From the human T2T-CHM13v2.0 reference genome, Homo sapiens: 64,000 bases of DNA. Below, piece by piece: positions 52,305 to 64,000 of this stretch. Position 1 is the first letter of the stretch; each line of letters begins with the position of its first letter. Made by a program: the position numbers and the translations under genes. The notes beneath the pieces were generated by a model. The model saw nothing but the letters and a program-made list of their open reading frames with translations, was not told where the DNA came from and did no database searches. The stretch is taken from NCBI RefSeq assembly GCF_009914755.1, contig NC_060938.1. The stretch is one strand, 5' to 3'.

Positions 52305-53235
52305 GACATATGAAAAGTTGCTCAACATCATTGATCATCAGAGAAATGCAAATCAAAACTATGTCTTCTCACCCAGTTAAAATAGCTGTTATCCAAAAGT
52401 TAGATAGTAAGAAATGCTTACAAGGATGTGGAGAAAATAGGACTCTCAAACACTGTTGGTAGGAATGAAAATTAGTACAACCACTATGGAAAACAGTTTG
52501 GAAGTTCCTCAAAATTCTAAAAGGAGAGCTACCATAGGATCCAGCAATTCCACTACTGGGAATATACACAAAAGAAAGGAAATCAGTATATCAAAGACAT
52601 AACTTCACTCACATGGTAGTTCCAGCTCTGTTCACAATAGCCAAGATTTAGAAGCAACTTAAGTGTCCATCAACAGATGAATGGATAAAGAAAATTTGGT
52701 ATGTACACACAATGGAGTACTAGTCAGCAATAAAAAAGAACAAGTTCCAGTCATTTGCAACAACATGGATGAAACTGAAGGTCATTATGTTAAGTGAAAT
52801 AAGTGAGGCACAGAGAGACAAACTTCGTATGTTCTCACGTATTTGTGGCAGCTAAAAATCAAGACAATTGAACCTATGGAGATAGAGTAGAAGGATAGTC
52901 ACCAGGCACTAGGAAGGGTACTGGTAGTGGAGGGGGTGGGTGAGGGGGAGGTGGGGGTGGTTAATGGGTACAAAAAATAGAATGAATGAATAAGATGTAG
53001 TATTTGGTAGCACAATAGGGTGACTGTAGTCAATAATTCAATTCTACATTTTAAATTAACTATAAGAGCGTAACTGGATTGTTTGTAACACAAAGGATAA
53101 ATGCTTGAAGGAATGGATACCCTACCTTCCACGATGTGATTATTATGCATTGCATGCCCATATCAAAATGACTCATGTACCCCATAAATATATACACCTA
53201 CTATGTCTCCACAAAAATTAAAAATTAATAATTTT
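52305..53235 (+). mobile_element. L1MA1-3-type 5'-truncated LINE-1 3' end
   Basis: TCAACATCATTGATCATCAGAGAAATGCAAATC ... G-rich 3' UTR tract 52932-52960 ... TGTACCCCATAAATATATACACCTACTATG. Confidence 0.9.
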
Positions 53236-53611
<376 letters not shown>

Positions 53612-54129
53612 TTATGACAAAAAATACCCTAAACTGTAAAAATAAACAAAAGGGATTACTGAGTTTTATTTCTGTGCAATCCTGGGCTTAACTTCCTATT
53701 GACTGGGTTATTTTACATCTTTTTAGGGGCAGAGATTAATTTGTAGATTTTTTCAGAAAAAGATGCAAATAATTTCTGGTCAGTGAAACAAAAACTTCAA
53801 TGGTTCTGTTTATTGCTGTGTGAGATATTAATTAGTTTTCTCTCTAACCCAGTAATCTTATCTTTTTTAAAAAAGATACTTATATATGCCTAGCTTCACA
53901 AATGTTACTTGTTTCTCTCATTAACAAAATGAAGAATAAAATTTTTGGCACATGTTCATTTTGTATTTGTATGAGAGACATGCTTTTGTCTTTTTGAAAA
54001 TTGTATTTCAAACCTAATACATTTAAAAAGTTGAATTTCATTAAATATAAGTCTGTAAACTATAGAAAGAATCTGGGCTATAAATATGAAGACTTAGACT
54101 TGAATCCTGGTAATCTGCAGAACTTTTAT

Positions 54130-54351
54130 TTTTTTAATCCTTTTTATTTTAGAAGAGTTTTAGATTTATAGAAAAGTGGCAAAGATAGTCCAGAGATTTC
54201 TCATATATTCCACACTCAATTTCCTCCTGTAGTTAGTTCCTTATATAACCACAGAGCATTTGTTACAACTTGAGAACCAACACTGGTACATTACCATAAA
54301 CAGAACTCCACACTTTATTTAAATGTCACTAGTTTTTTGTTTTTGCTTTTT

Positions 54352-54398
<47 letters not shown>

Positions 54399-55400
54399 GG
54401 CCTTTTTCTGTACCAGGATCCCATTCAGGACACTATATTCGATTTATTCTTATGTCTCCTTAGGCTCAACTGGTCTATGACACTTTCTCATAATTTCCTT
54501 GGTTTTGTTGTTTGTTGGTTGGTTGGTTGGTTGGATTGTTGGCTGGTTTTTTTTTTTTAAGACTTTTTTTAAAAAGCAGTTTTATGTTCACAGCAAAATT
54601 CAGAGGAAGATGCAAAGAGTTCCCATGTGCCCCCTGGTCCCACACTCACAACCACCCACTGTGTCAACATCCCCCACAAGAGTCCTACTTTTGTTGTAAT
54701 TGATGAACCTACACTGACACATCATCATCACCCAAAGCCCGTAGTTTACATCAGGGTCTACTCTTAATGTTGTAACTTCTATGGGTTTAGACAAATGTAT
54801 AATGACATGTATCCACCATTATCGTATCACAGAGAGTCTTTTCCTACCCTAAAAATCTTTTGTGTATTAATCACTTCCTAACTTTCCTTGTTTTTGACAA
54901 CTTGAGCAGTTTTGAGGAGTACCAGTGAAGTATTTTGCAGAATGCCTCTTCATTCGAGTTTGTTTGATGTTTTTATCATGGTTATACTAGAGTTATAGGT
55001 CTTTAGGTATAAGACCACAGAAGTTAAATTTTATTCATATCATATCATATCAACAGTGCATGCTATCAACGTGACTTATCTTTGGGAGCTAGTCATTAAA
55101 CACAGTCTGCTTCAGGTGGTAGAGGAAAGATTGAGCTGCACTCCATACAGGGAACAGCAGCTCATAAATTATTTGGAATTCTTTGGTACAGAAGATTTGT
55201 TTCCTTTCCCCCATTTATTTACTTATTTGGTCATTTATTTATATCGGCATGGACTCATGGATATTTATTTTGCACTTTGGATTAAATTCAATACTGTATC
55301 ACGTGTTTTATTACTCAAATCGTCCCAGCTTTGGCCACTGGGAGTTCTTTCAGGTTGGTCCCTGCCTCCCTTTGACATGCTCCCACCTTTTGTTTTGAGT
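54130..55400 (-). mobile_element. L1MC/MD 3' UTR fragment with a nested second L1MC 3' end (~54545-54870)
   Basis: TTTTAGATTTATAGAAAAGTGGCAAAGATAGT; nested AGCAGTTTTATGTTCACAGCAAAATT...TGATGAACCTACACTGACACATCAT; flanking repeat TAATTTCCTTGGTTTTG / TAACTTTCCTTGTTTTTG. Confidence 0.75.
54355..54397. repeat. (TG)n microsatellite
   Basis: Direct observation. Confidence 0.95.
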
Positions 55401-55409
55401 GCTGCAAGG

Positions 55410-55650
55410 TTTTAACCTCTCTGGATCTCAGGTTTCTCATCAGCAGAAGAGAAACAGTAAAGCTAATCTTATAATATTGTCATGAAGAATAACAAAAACA
55501 ATAATCAGCAATAATAATAACTCCATTCCATGTGTACTTATGATGTGCCAGGCACTATTCTAAGTACTTAACAATATTCACTCATATGAAAGATTCAGTG
55601 TCTATAAAGTGCCGAACACAGTGTCTGACAGTTTACACATGTTCAAAAAA
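55410..55650. mobile_element. MIR fragments in both orientations
   Basis: TTAACCTCTCTGGATCTCAGGTTTCTCATC (+); TACTTATGATGTGCCAGGCACTATTCTAAGTAC (-). Confidence 0.65.
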
Positions 55651-57889
55651 TGTAATTTTTCATCAGGGGTGACCCAGAATTTCATCCAGGTAATTTCTGA
55701 CCTAGTACATAGGGGTATGCTCACTGGTGGCTCATTCCCAATGGCAAACTGTAAATGACAGAGAATATAGAAATCCAGGTCCCTCACTCTTTCTGATTAT
55801 TAAACCTGTACTCAGAGGTTCTGCCCTCTCATTGACAGTTTCATTAGGTTAGATGTCATTACTAGTGTAGTCAGCATCCTCCAAGTACCAGAGCAACTAA
55901 CCTTCGTAACCTTGAAGCCTTGGTCCTTAATAAGGATTTTATGTTTGACCGCAAGCTCATCCCGGAGCCCACAAGCATTTGGCAATAGAATGTCTGAGAA
56001 GTAGGCTAGACTCAGTTAGGTGGCTTCTTCATCTTCTTCAAGACTTTTATTTTTAAAGGACATTTTCCTTGAGGCTTTTTGAAGAAAATGTTTTGTATTA
56101 GATGCTCAACATCCAGAAATACTATGAGACAGAAACCTTCCTCCCACCGTGAAAATTTTGTTGAATAGTGAAGGTGTTTCCACTGATCTAGAGCAAACCT
56201 CCTCATTAATATCATCCATCACCTTTATAAGGGATAAAATTAGAAGACTGAGGCTTCATAGGTGCAACCACAGCCTCATTAGTTAAGTACCAAATATTAA
56301 CGAGTGTGTATATACCACCTAGTCTCTAAGGTAAATAAAATGAAAAATGAACAGGGCTGTTGAATTTTAATTCACCTAAAGCGGCATGTGCCTTTAGCAG
56401 AAAACTTAAATGCAACATACAGGAAGAGATAAAATTAAATTATTTGCTGTACTTCAACACAGAAGTAACTGCAAGAAGGCTGCCAAATAAGAAATGCCAG
56501 AGGCTTCCTTTGCTCAGGTGAAGTCTGCAAATTTACACATGGGGTTTCAAAAGAAAACTCAAAGGTAACATGTAGACCAAAAATGATTTATTCTTTTCAA
56601 TAAGCCTCTTGGAGATGAGAAAATAGGATTCAGTCCTGCTTTGTTACACAATCTATGAAAACTCCCACTTTAGGTCTGCAAAATGAGAAAAATAATCATG
56701 TAAGAATGGATAAACTGAGAAGGCAGTGAAGACATAGAGAGACAGGAAGATACAAAGAGATATTTTAGGATTGTTTCCTTCCCCACATTTCCACCCCTAT
56801 TTCTACTATTGTATACTACCTGCTCTGCCCATTGCAACACATGCATCTATATAAGTAGGTGTGGTATAAAGTAAATACTAACAAGAATTAACATCTCTTT
56901 CTGCCACCATATTCCAAAGAAAAGAGAGTCTACTAGTGAGTTTTTAAAATCCATCAGCGGGGGGTTGTGCTGAGTGATCTTGGACCAGATAGGAGGGGAT
57001 GGATAAAGGAGGTGCTCTGATAGAAGGCAAGGAAAAAAGGGAAGAAGTTTCCAGACCAGAGAGAAGGTTTAAGGATTTAACAGTAGGGATGGGAATGAGG
57101 ATTTCCATGACATTACCTTTTCTCATGGAAGACGTATTGAAACGCTTGCAGAGGCTGTTCCAGATGGGTAAAATTAGATGTCTCCTCATGCAAGTGTGTA
57201 GACAAGAGTTGGCCACTAAAGCAGGGTGTCTCTGAATAGGCTTAACTCTCAACAATAATAGCCAGAAATATAAGGAGCAATAGCAAAGATGAACAACCTA
57301 GACAAAGGATCTGAGCTTCCCCATTCTCAACATCTGGTATTCCAGAGATTATTTTAGACCGCACAGAGAAGGAAAGAAAATCCCAATAATGAATGAGATT
57401 GAATTTCTCACCAGCCAGGTAATAAAGGACCAAAAGCAGAATAAAACTGATTTAGAGAAATAAGACAATGTGACATTTCTTGGACTCTAGAGATATAGAC
57501 TAAAAATCACATAGGTGACTTATGTAATTACTCATCACTCACACTGGAGGCAGCTTCCAGGGAAACAGAAGGGGAAGAGGAGTCAAGACTCATTCATAGC
57601 TCCACCCTCCTGTATTGCTCCCCTGTGACCCACCTCTTAGGATGTGCATGGCAGAGCTGAAAAACTTAACTGCACTCCTGCTGGGAATGTGCTTTCAGAA
57701 CCAACTTTTGATGGCCAATCCCAATGCTAAAATACATACTAATCATGTTTATTCACATATTCACTCATTATCTACCTCCTGTGTGCTGGATGCTCTGCTA
57801 GATACTGATGTTACACAAGCAAGTGCTCCCTAAGTGTCCAGGGAAGGCAGATATGCAAACAAATCAAACTGCAGTAGCAACACCATATG

Positions 57890-58280
57890 CTGGTGGGAGC
57901 TTAGGTTTCCAGAGCCTCGTGACTCAGCTTCAAACCTCTGCTCTTCCACTTACCCGTTCTGGATCTTTGATCAAGTCTTTTAAACTTTTTGGACCTCAGC
58001 ATCTGCACTGTGAAATAAGGATAACAATACTACAATACTTACTTTATAGAATTGTCATGAGGATTTAATAAAATAACAAAAATAACTAACATTTATTGAG
58101 TGTTTACTAGGCACTTTTCTATGCATGATACATACCTTTAATGCATATAAATCTCATGATATCCTAAGATATATTTATTACTATTAGCCTCATTCTACAG
58201 ATGAGGAAACTGAGGGACAAAGAGTTTGGCAGGTAATTTGTCAAAGGTCAAACAGTTTGGTAAATTATAGAACCATATAT
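57890..58280. mobile_element. Adjacent oppositely oriented MIRs (+ then -)
   Basis: CTCTTCCACTTAC...ATTGTCATGAGGATTTAAT then AACATTTATTGAGTGTTTACT...CATTCTACAGATGAGGAAACTGAGG. Confidence 0.75.
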
Positions 58281-58329
58281 ATTAAAGATTTAATGTAGTG
58301 CAAAAAAATTGAATGAATAGTAAGTTCTT

Positions 58330-58970
58330 TCATAGAGATGCAACGAAATTTTGTAGTTAAACCAAAGTAAAGGGTTACTAATATATTAGCTGATTTAGGA
58401 GAGACATAACATTCCAGCCAGGTCTTGGAATAGGAATGAGTAGGGTTTGCTAAATGGAAATGAAGAGAAAGAACATTTTAAATAGAGACAGGAACATTTA
58501 CAGAGGCTGAGAGTTGCAAATTAGCCTGAAATGGAGATGCACATGGGAAGAAAGAAGGCCGACAAGGCTGAGTTACAGAGATTGGTGTAGGGAGGAAGAA
58601 CTATAGCGAACAAGGGTTTGAGCCCCAGTCAGTCTTATTTTACATACACAAACTAGATGAGAGTCTCACACAGTAAGAGTCCTGTCATCATCCTGCAGGC
58701 AATGAATGGCCCCTGGAGTCTTTGAGCAAAGGAGGGACATAAATACATGGGCATTAGATGGATAATTAATAAGAAGGGGAACGACGGGTAGAGATGAGAC
58801 ACTAGTAGTGACAGGAAGACCGGTTAGGAGATTATTGCAACAACCAAAGTGGAATGTGATAATGTTTTCAATGGATGAAACAAGCCTGTGGATTTGAAAG
58901 AAGCAATGAAGTCAGCAGACCTTGTCAAGGTAGAATTGGCAGTAGCTGCTAACAAATTGGACACATCTGT
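58330..58970 (-). mobile_element. L2 fragment
   Basis: ATCCTGCAGGCAATG...TTTGAGCAAAGGAGGGACAT...AGACCGGTTAGGAGATTATTGCA. Confidence 0.65.
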
Positions 58971-61127
58971 TCTTTTACCCAACAATCATAGATGAGAACC
59001 TTTTAAGTGCTAGCTACTCTAGGTTGACCAAGGAACAGAATAGAAACCAATGTTGAATGTGCTGGGTGATGGAGAAAAGAATCCAGGCTTCCGGCAAGTG
59101 AGACTCACACAAGCCTTTAACTGAGAATGTAAAAGTAAAGGGAAGCAAAGCTTGGAATGGAAGATCTTGTTTTGAAACACATTTGACATATCGGGTTGAG
59201 TCAAGACTGGGAATATGAGTCTAAAACTGGGAAAATAGCTTAAATAAAACAATGTGAATTCAAGAGTCAAATAATTTTCACAGAGTATATCGTTTGACTT
59301 CAACATACATTCAGTAATTTGGATTAGGCTGTAACTTGTTATCTCCATTTTTCAGGGCATGCAAACCTTTCATGGCAATGTGCCATCTTGGCAATTGACC
59401 TGCTTCTTGCAAAGGCAGGATCCACATTGTTCAGCACGGGGTGATGTTCCTACAGGGATCCTCCCATCAGGGAGAGCTAGAATGTCATGTTTTATCCTCC
59501 TTTTACCCTCCACGTTGATAAGGCCAGAAGTAAACATATTTCAAATGGATGTACACGTAAAACCACTTTTTCTTCCAAATTTAACCATTTATTGCTTGTA
59601 CTACAGGTTTTGACATTTTAGACTTGTTTACTGGGCTTCCCTGGCCCTTCTCTATATGTCTAGAGCTATTACTATTACAAGGGCATTCTCTGATAAAATA
59701 CAATGTACATCTTGCTCTCCAGATTCCTGCAATGGAATCTCAGCCTGCTAAAGAGCAACTGACAGGCTCCCAACAAAATCAAATGCCATTTATACTGTGA
59801 GCTGAGAAGTATGTTTGAGGCTGACTCCTCCTCAACAAGTCAACCTAGTGGTTTACTTCACTTGTAAAAACGTCATTCCCTGTCAGATAAACCCAGAAAC
59901 AACTCAGCTGGTAGATGATGCATCCGGATAAATGTTTGCCCACCCAAACCCTTTGCTGAGGGCCACAAATACACTTGTCGGCATCTTACTGCACATTCAG
60001 CATCTCAGGATAGACTCCTTCAATCACACAACAAACTTGTATAAAACAACTTCTACTTTCGTAGCACACTTCTATGTGTTGGGAGGAATTGTAATGATAA
60101 CCTCTAGTATTTACTGAGCACATGCTTCTGGGTGCCAACAACTGTGCCATGTGATTTATTTGCATTATTTGTTTTAATCCACACAAATTATTTTGGTATC
60201 TTTTGCTTTTTAGTGTTTAATAGTCTTATTTATATTTTCTTTTTTATCTGGTATATGCTACTTTATAAATAACTTTGGATTAGGATAAGTAAAATAATGG
60301 AGTGGAGGATGTCTCTTTTGTGATAGAATATTTGTTGGTCGATAGCATTTAGCAGTCTTCGACTCAGAAAGAAGCTTACAATCAGTTTGTAAATATGAAA
60401 TATGCACAAATAGAACTGCAAAAACTCTTATAAAGCAATATAGAAATAAGCTTAAATCACAAGGGATGAACAAGTTATCAAAGTGCCCAGAAGACCAGGA
60501 AGGGAGGAGAGCTTGGAGCCTATAAAAGACAGTCTGAAAAAGCCACATGCAGGAGAGATTTAGAAGCAGCCAGATTTGTACAAAGCCTCATGGAAGTGGG
60601 AAAAATTACCAATGACCACAGTTGTCTTGTTTCTTGGCTAATGCTTACATCCTTGTGCCAGCAGTCACCCTGGAGATCAATAACTCCTTAACTGTTGTTC
60701 TCACATAATTGAAAAACTATAGGGGAACTTCTGGCCCACCTTTAAGGACGAGTCATGACTTGACAGCTCTATAGAGAGAAGACTTGAATTTCCTCCAAAA
60801 ACGCTAGCGCTGACATCCAGCTGCCCAGAGTAAGCCTTTCAGTAAAAACTCAATAACCTCTTTTCTATACTTTATGAAAGAGGAAAAGTGAACACTTTTT
60901 CTGACAGTTACTTAACCTCTTCAAGACAGAGTTGCCTCATCAGTAAAACAGGAATGTCCTCTGTCTCTCAGAGGTATTGTGAGGAGAAACTAAAATAATC
61001 AAAGCTTCACAGATTCCAGGTGTGGAGAATCCCTGATTCTATATTATCAGTTTCTAGGGAGTTGAGATGATTTTTGAGATTAAAGTGTGGAACTTGGTGC
61101 AAATCTATGAGTTATAAGAATCCATAT

Positions 61128-61339
61128 TAGGGTTTCTCTATCTCACCACTATTGACATTTTAGGCTGGATAATTCTTTGTTGGAGGAAGGGGATTTCCTG
61201 TGCATTGTAAGATTTTCAGCATCAACCCTGTCCTATACTCACTGGCCTGGTGCCCCTCCTTGGTCATGACCATCAAATGTCTCCAGACATATCCAGATGT
61301 CCCCTAGGGACAAAATTGTACCCAGTTGAGAGCCACTAA
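61128..61339. mobile_element. MER20 hAT-Charlie DNA transposon
   Basis: CACTATTGACATTTTAGGCTGGATAATTCTTTGTTG...AAATGTCTCCAGACAT...CCCAGTTGAGAGCCACT. Confidence 0.88.
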
Positions 61340-62759
61340 TCTATATTACTATAGAGTGAAATATATATTACTCAGTCCCTCTTCTAGCTTTCAATGTAAA
61401 TGGTAATGCAAGACATTTTGTAAATTCTCAATAAATAGAAAGTAAATGTACTGAAGAATAAATGAATAAGCAAATAATTTAGAAGGCTGGGAGACATATA
61501 TACCTAAATCAACTGAAAGTGAAGTTAGGACATCATCAGACACTCCTTGCTAGATGATAAGAAAAACTAGTGTCATTACTACTTCTTTCCAAGAAAGAAG
61601 TAAAACGCAGTGGGAGAAAGAGACATGCTCAGGGAACCAAAAGCCAAGTCTAACTGTGATGACACAGGGTGACGATAGTCTAATTAGACTGTGTTTTCAT
61701 CAGAGTAGATACCGTATGGCATTAATCTTTGGCACCTAAACACAAACTGATACCTAATAAATATTTTATTTTAATTAAACATCAAGAAAGTTGTCCAGGA
61801 GATCCATTTAAATACTAGAGAAGGGGGTAGGCAAAAGTGGGTAAGAGGGAGGGAGCATGCATGCTTAACTTTGGCTGCATAATCCCGTGCAGTTTGTCTG
61901 CAGCCCAGATATCATTTTAATCTACAAAATCACAAGCTAGTGGATACCATTAAAAGTGGATACACTCTGTCCTTATATTTTACGTGATGCCCAGTAACAT
62001 TTAATTCCGCATGTAGAAAGTAATTAATACAATTGTGTTGAACTGAAAACAAATGGATATACCTCAACCACAGGATAAGGACTCTAGGATGAGGGATTCT
62101 TCTAGAAGCACAAGAGAGGCAATTAGTTGAGCATGTAGTAAACTGACAGTATTTCCTACCCATAAAAGGTAATAAAGGCTAAAACTATATTAATCAGTTT
62201 AAGAATAGCACAGCCATTGGAGCATCAGATGCGAAATAATTCTGAGCAAGATTTGAACCTCACTCTGCATGCCTACTTAGTAAGTGTGTGACTGACTGTG
62301 GACATGTTATCTATCCCCTCTAGGATGTTCTCTCCTTGCATGTCAATGGGAGTAATTATACCTTCCTTAAAGATTGCTCTGAGAATTACGGTTGCCATTT
62401 ATTGTTTTGTGTGCTCAGTTCCTTGTTTCTTTTGGAGAATGACTCCTCCCTTCCATGTACAAATTTCCTTCCATGTAAAAGTGGAAGTTCTCACTCTTGT
62501 GTCTCTTTACCAGGCTTAGTGGCCATTATCTTTAGACCAGAGATGAAAATATAACCCAAGCCTGGCCCCAGGACTTTCAAACCAGAAGAAAAAGTGCACG
62601 TTTTGTAGCTGTCAGGACATTTCTCAGCACTATTATCAAGGGCTACAAAAAATGGACATTATTATTAGAACGGCTCATGGAATATAAAACAATAGCATTC
62701 ACACATTTATGCACTTAGCAAATATTCCTTGAGCACCAACTCATTGCCTGGCACTGTAG

Positions 62760-63078
<319 letters not shown>

Positions 63079-63284
63079 TTTATACACATTTTCATTAACT
63101 CCGAAGATAAACGCAGAGTAAAGTATTATTAACATCTCTACTTTACAAATGAAGAAATTGAAAACAGAAAAGTTGATTAATCTGTCTGTGTTCATCGAGC
63201 TGCTAAGTGATAGAGATTCAAACTCACATTTGTACTTGCATATTATTATTGCTATTAAACCCTTTCAGATAAGATGCATATATC

Positions 63285-63515
63285 ATCCTTGTTTTCTCCT
63301 AAATACTTTAGTGTTTATTTCCCAAGAACAGAGACATTCTCTTACACAACTACAGTATAATATTTAACATTGATACAATGCCATTATCTAATACATAGTT
63401 TTTATTCAAATTTTACCAGCTGTACTAATAATATCTTTTATAGATTTTTAAAATCCAGAATCCAATGCAAGCTCAAACATTACATTTAATTGTGATGTGT
63501 TTTTAGTCTCCTTTG
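63285..63515 (-). mobile_element. Old L1MC/ME fragment
   Basis: GACATTCTCTTACACAACTACAGTA...TTTAACATTGATACAAT...CATTACATTTAATTGTGATGTGTTTTTAGTCTCCTTT. Confidence 0.65.
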
Positions 63516-63749
63516 GAAAGGGAATGCTTTAAAGTGGGTACATGTCTTAGACCCTAGGGCTAACTAACATGATGTCAGCTAATCTCTGGCTGTAGCCAAA
63601 GACCTCACACTCTCAACATGCTCCTATCTTTCCTTTTCTAAAGTGAGGGAAAATCTATAGCTTCCCTTAAATTCAGGGGCTCTCTGCTTCTTAATTGTTT
63701 CTTCCACTGAGTGAGGAGGTGGCCAAGTGATGAGGCAGCCTACTGAGAT

Positions 63750-64000
63750 AACAGCTAGGATAGCTGGGAGACTGAGGACATTCAGGGGGATTAAACAGAC
63801 TAGTAAATACTGAGAACAATGGAACTAGGTTTTTACTGTCAGAGAAAGGTGTACAAATATGGAAAGGAAGAAAAACAGAATGAATTATTTAGGATCTTGG
63901 GAATTAGTTTCAAATTGAAGGTATTGATGTGAACCTCTCATGGCTCTAGATAGATAGACAGATATAATAGATAAATGTCAAAATTTTGGTGTGTGTGTGT
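63750..64000 (+). mobile_element. Old L1MC/MD 3' UTR fragment running off the window
   Basis: AACAATGGAACTAGGTTTTTACTGTCAGAGAAAGG...ACAAATATGGAAAGG. Confidence 0.55.

Noticed and set aside
52932-52960. G-quadruplex-forming tract
   Set aside because: Standard G-rich tract of the L1 3' UTR; not locus-specific.

Overview
AT-rich, CpG-depleted primate (human-like) non-coding DNA, either intergenic or deep intronic. Roughly half is recognisable interspersed repeat: 8 Alus, several L1s including one 5.4-kb L1MA-type copy, two full-length MaLR (THE1D/MSTA-type) proviruses, many solo LTRs (MLT1, MLT2, THE1C, LTR8, MER4E), DNA transposon fossils (MER45B, MER53, MER96, MER20, Tigger2a), and old L2/L3/MIR pieces. 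I can support no protein-coding gene, RNA gene, CpG island or CRISPR array; the ORF track is explained by repeats or chance, and I see no convincing new biological system. The best observations are mutational scars read directly from the sequence: (1) a multi-template-switch inverted insertion inside an MLT2 LTR, later split by an AluY; (2) a TSD-flanked L1 that jumps from mid-RT to its last ~90 nt; (3) an LTR8 integrated 4 bp inside the terminus of a MER4E LTR; (4) a tail-less L1 fragment captured in a MIR; (5) overlapping perfect AT-rich palindromes. Candidate RFX and homeodomain regulatory sites and two candidate cryptic exons are also noted. Repeat subfamily names come from recalled consensus sequences, not from a search, and boundaries of old repeats are approximate.
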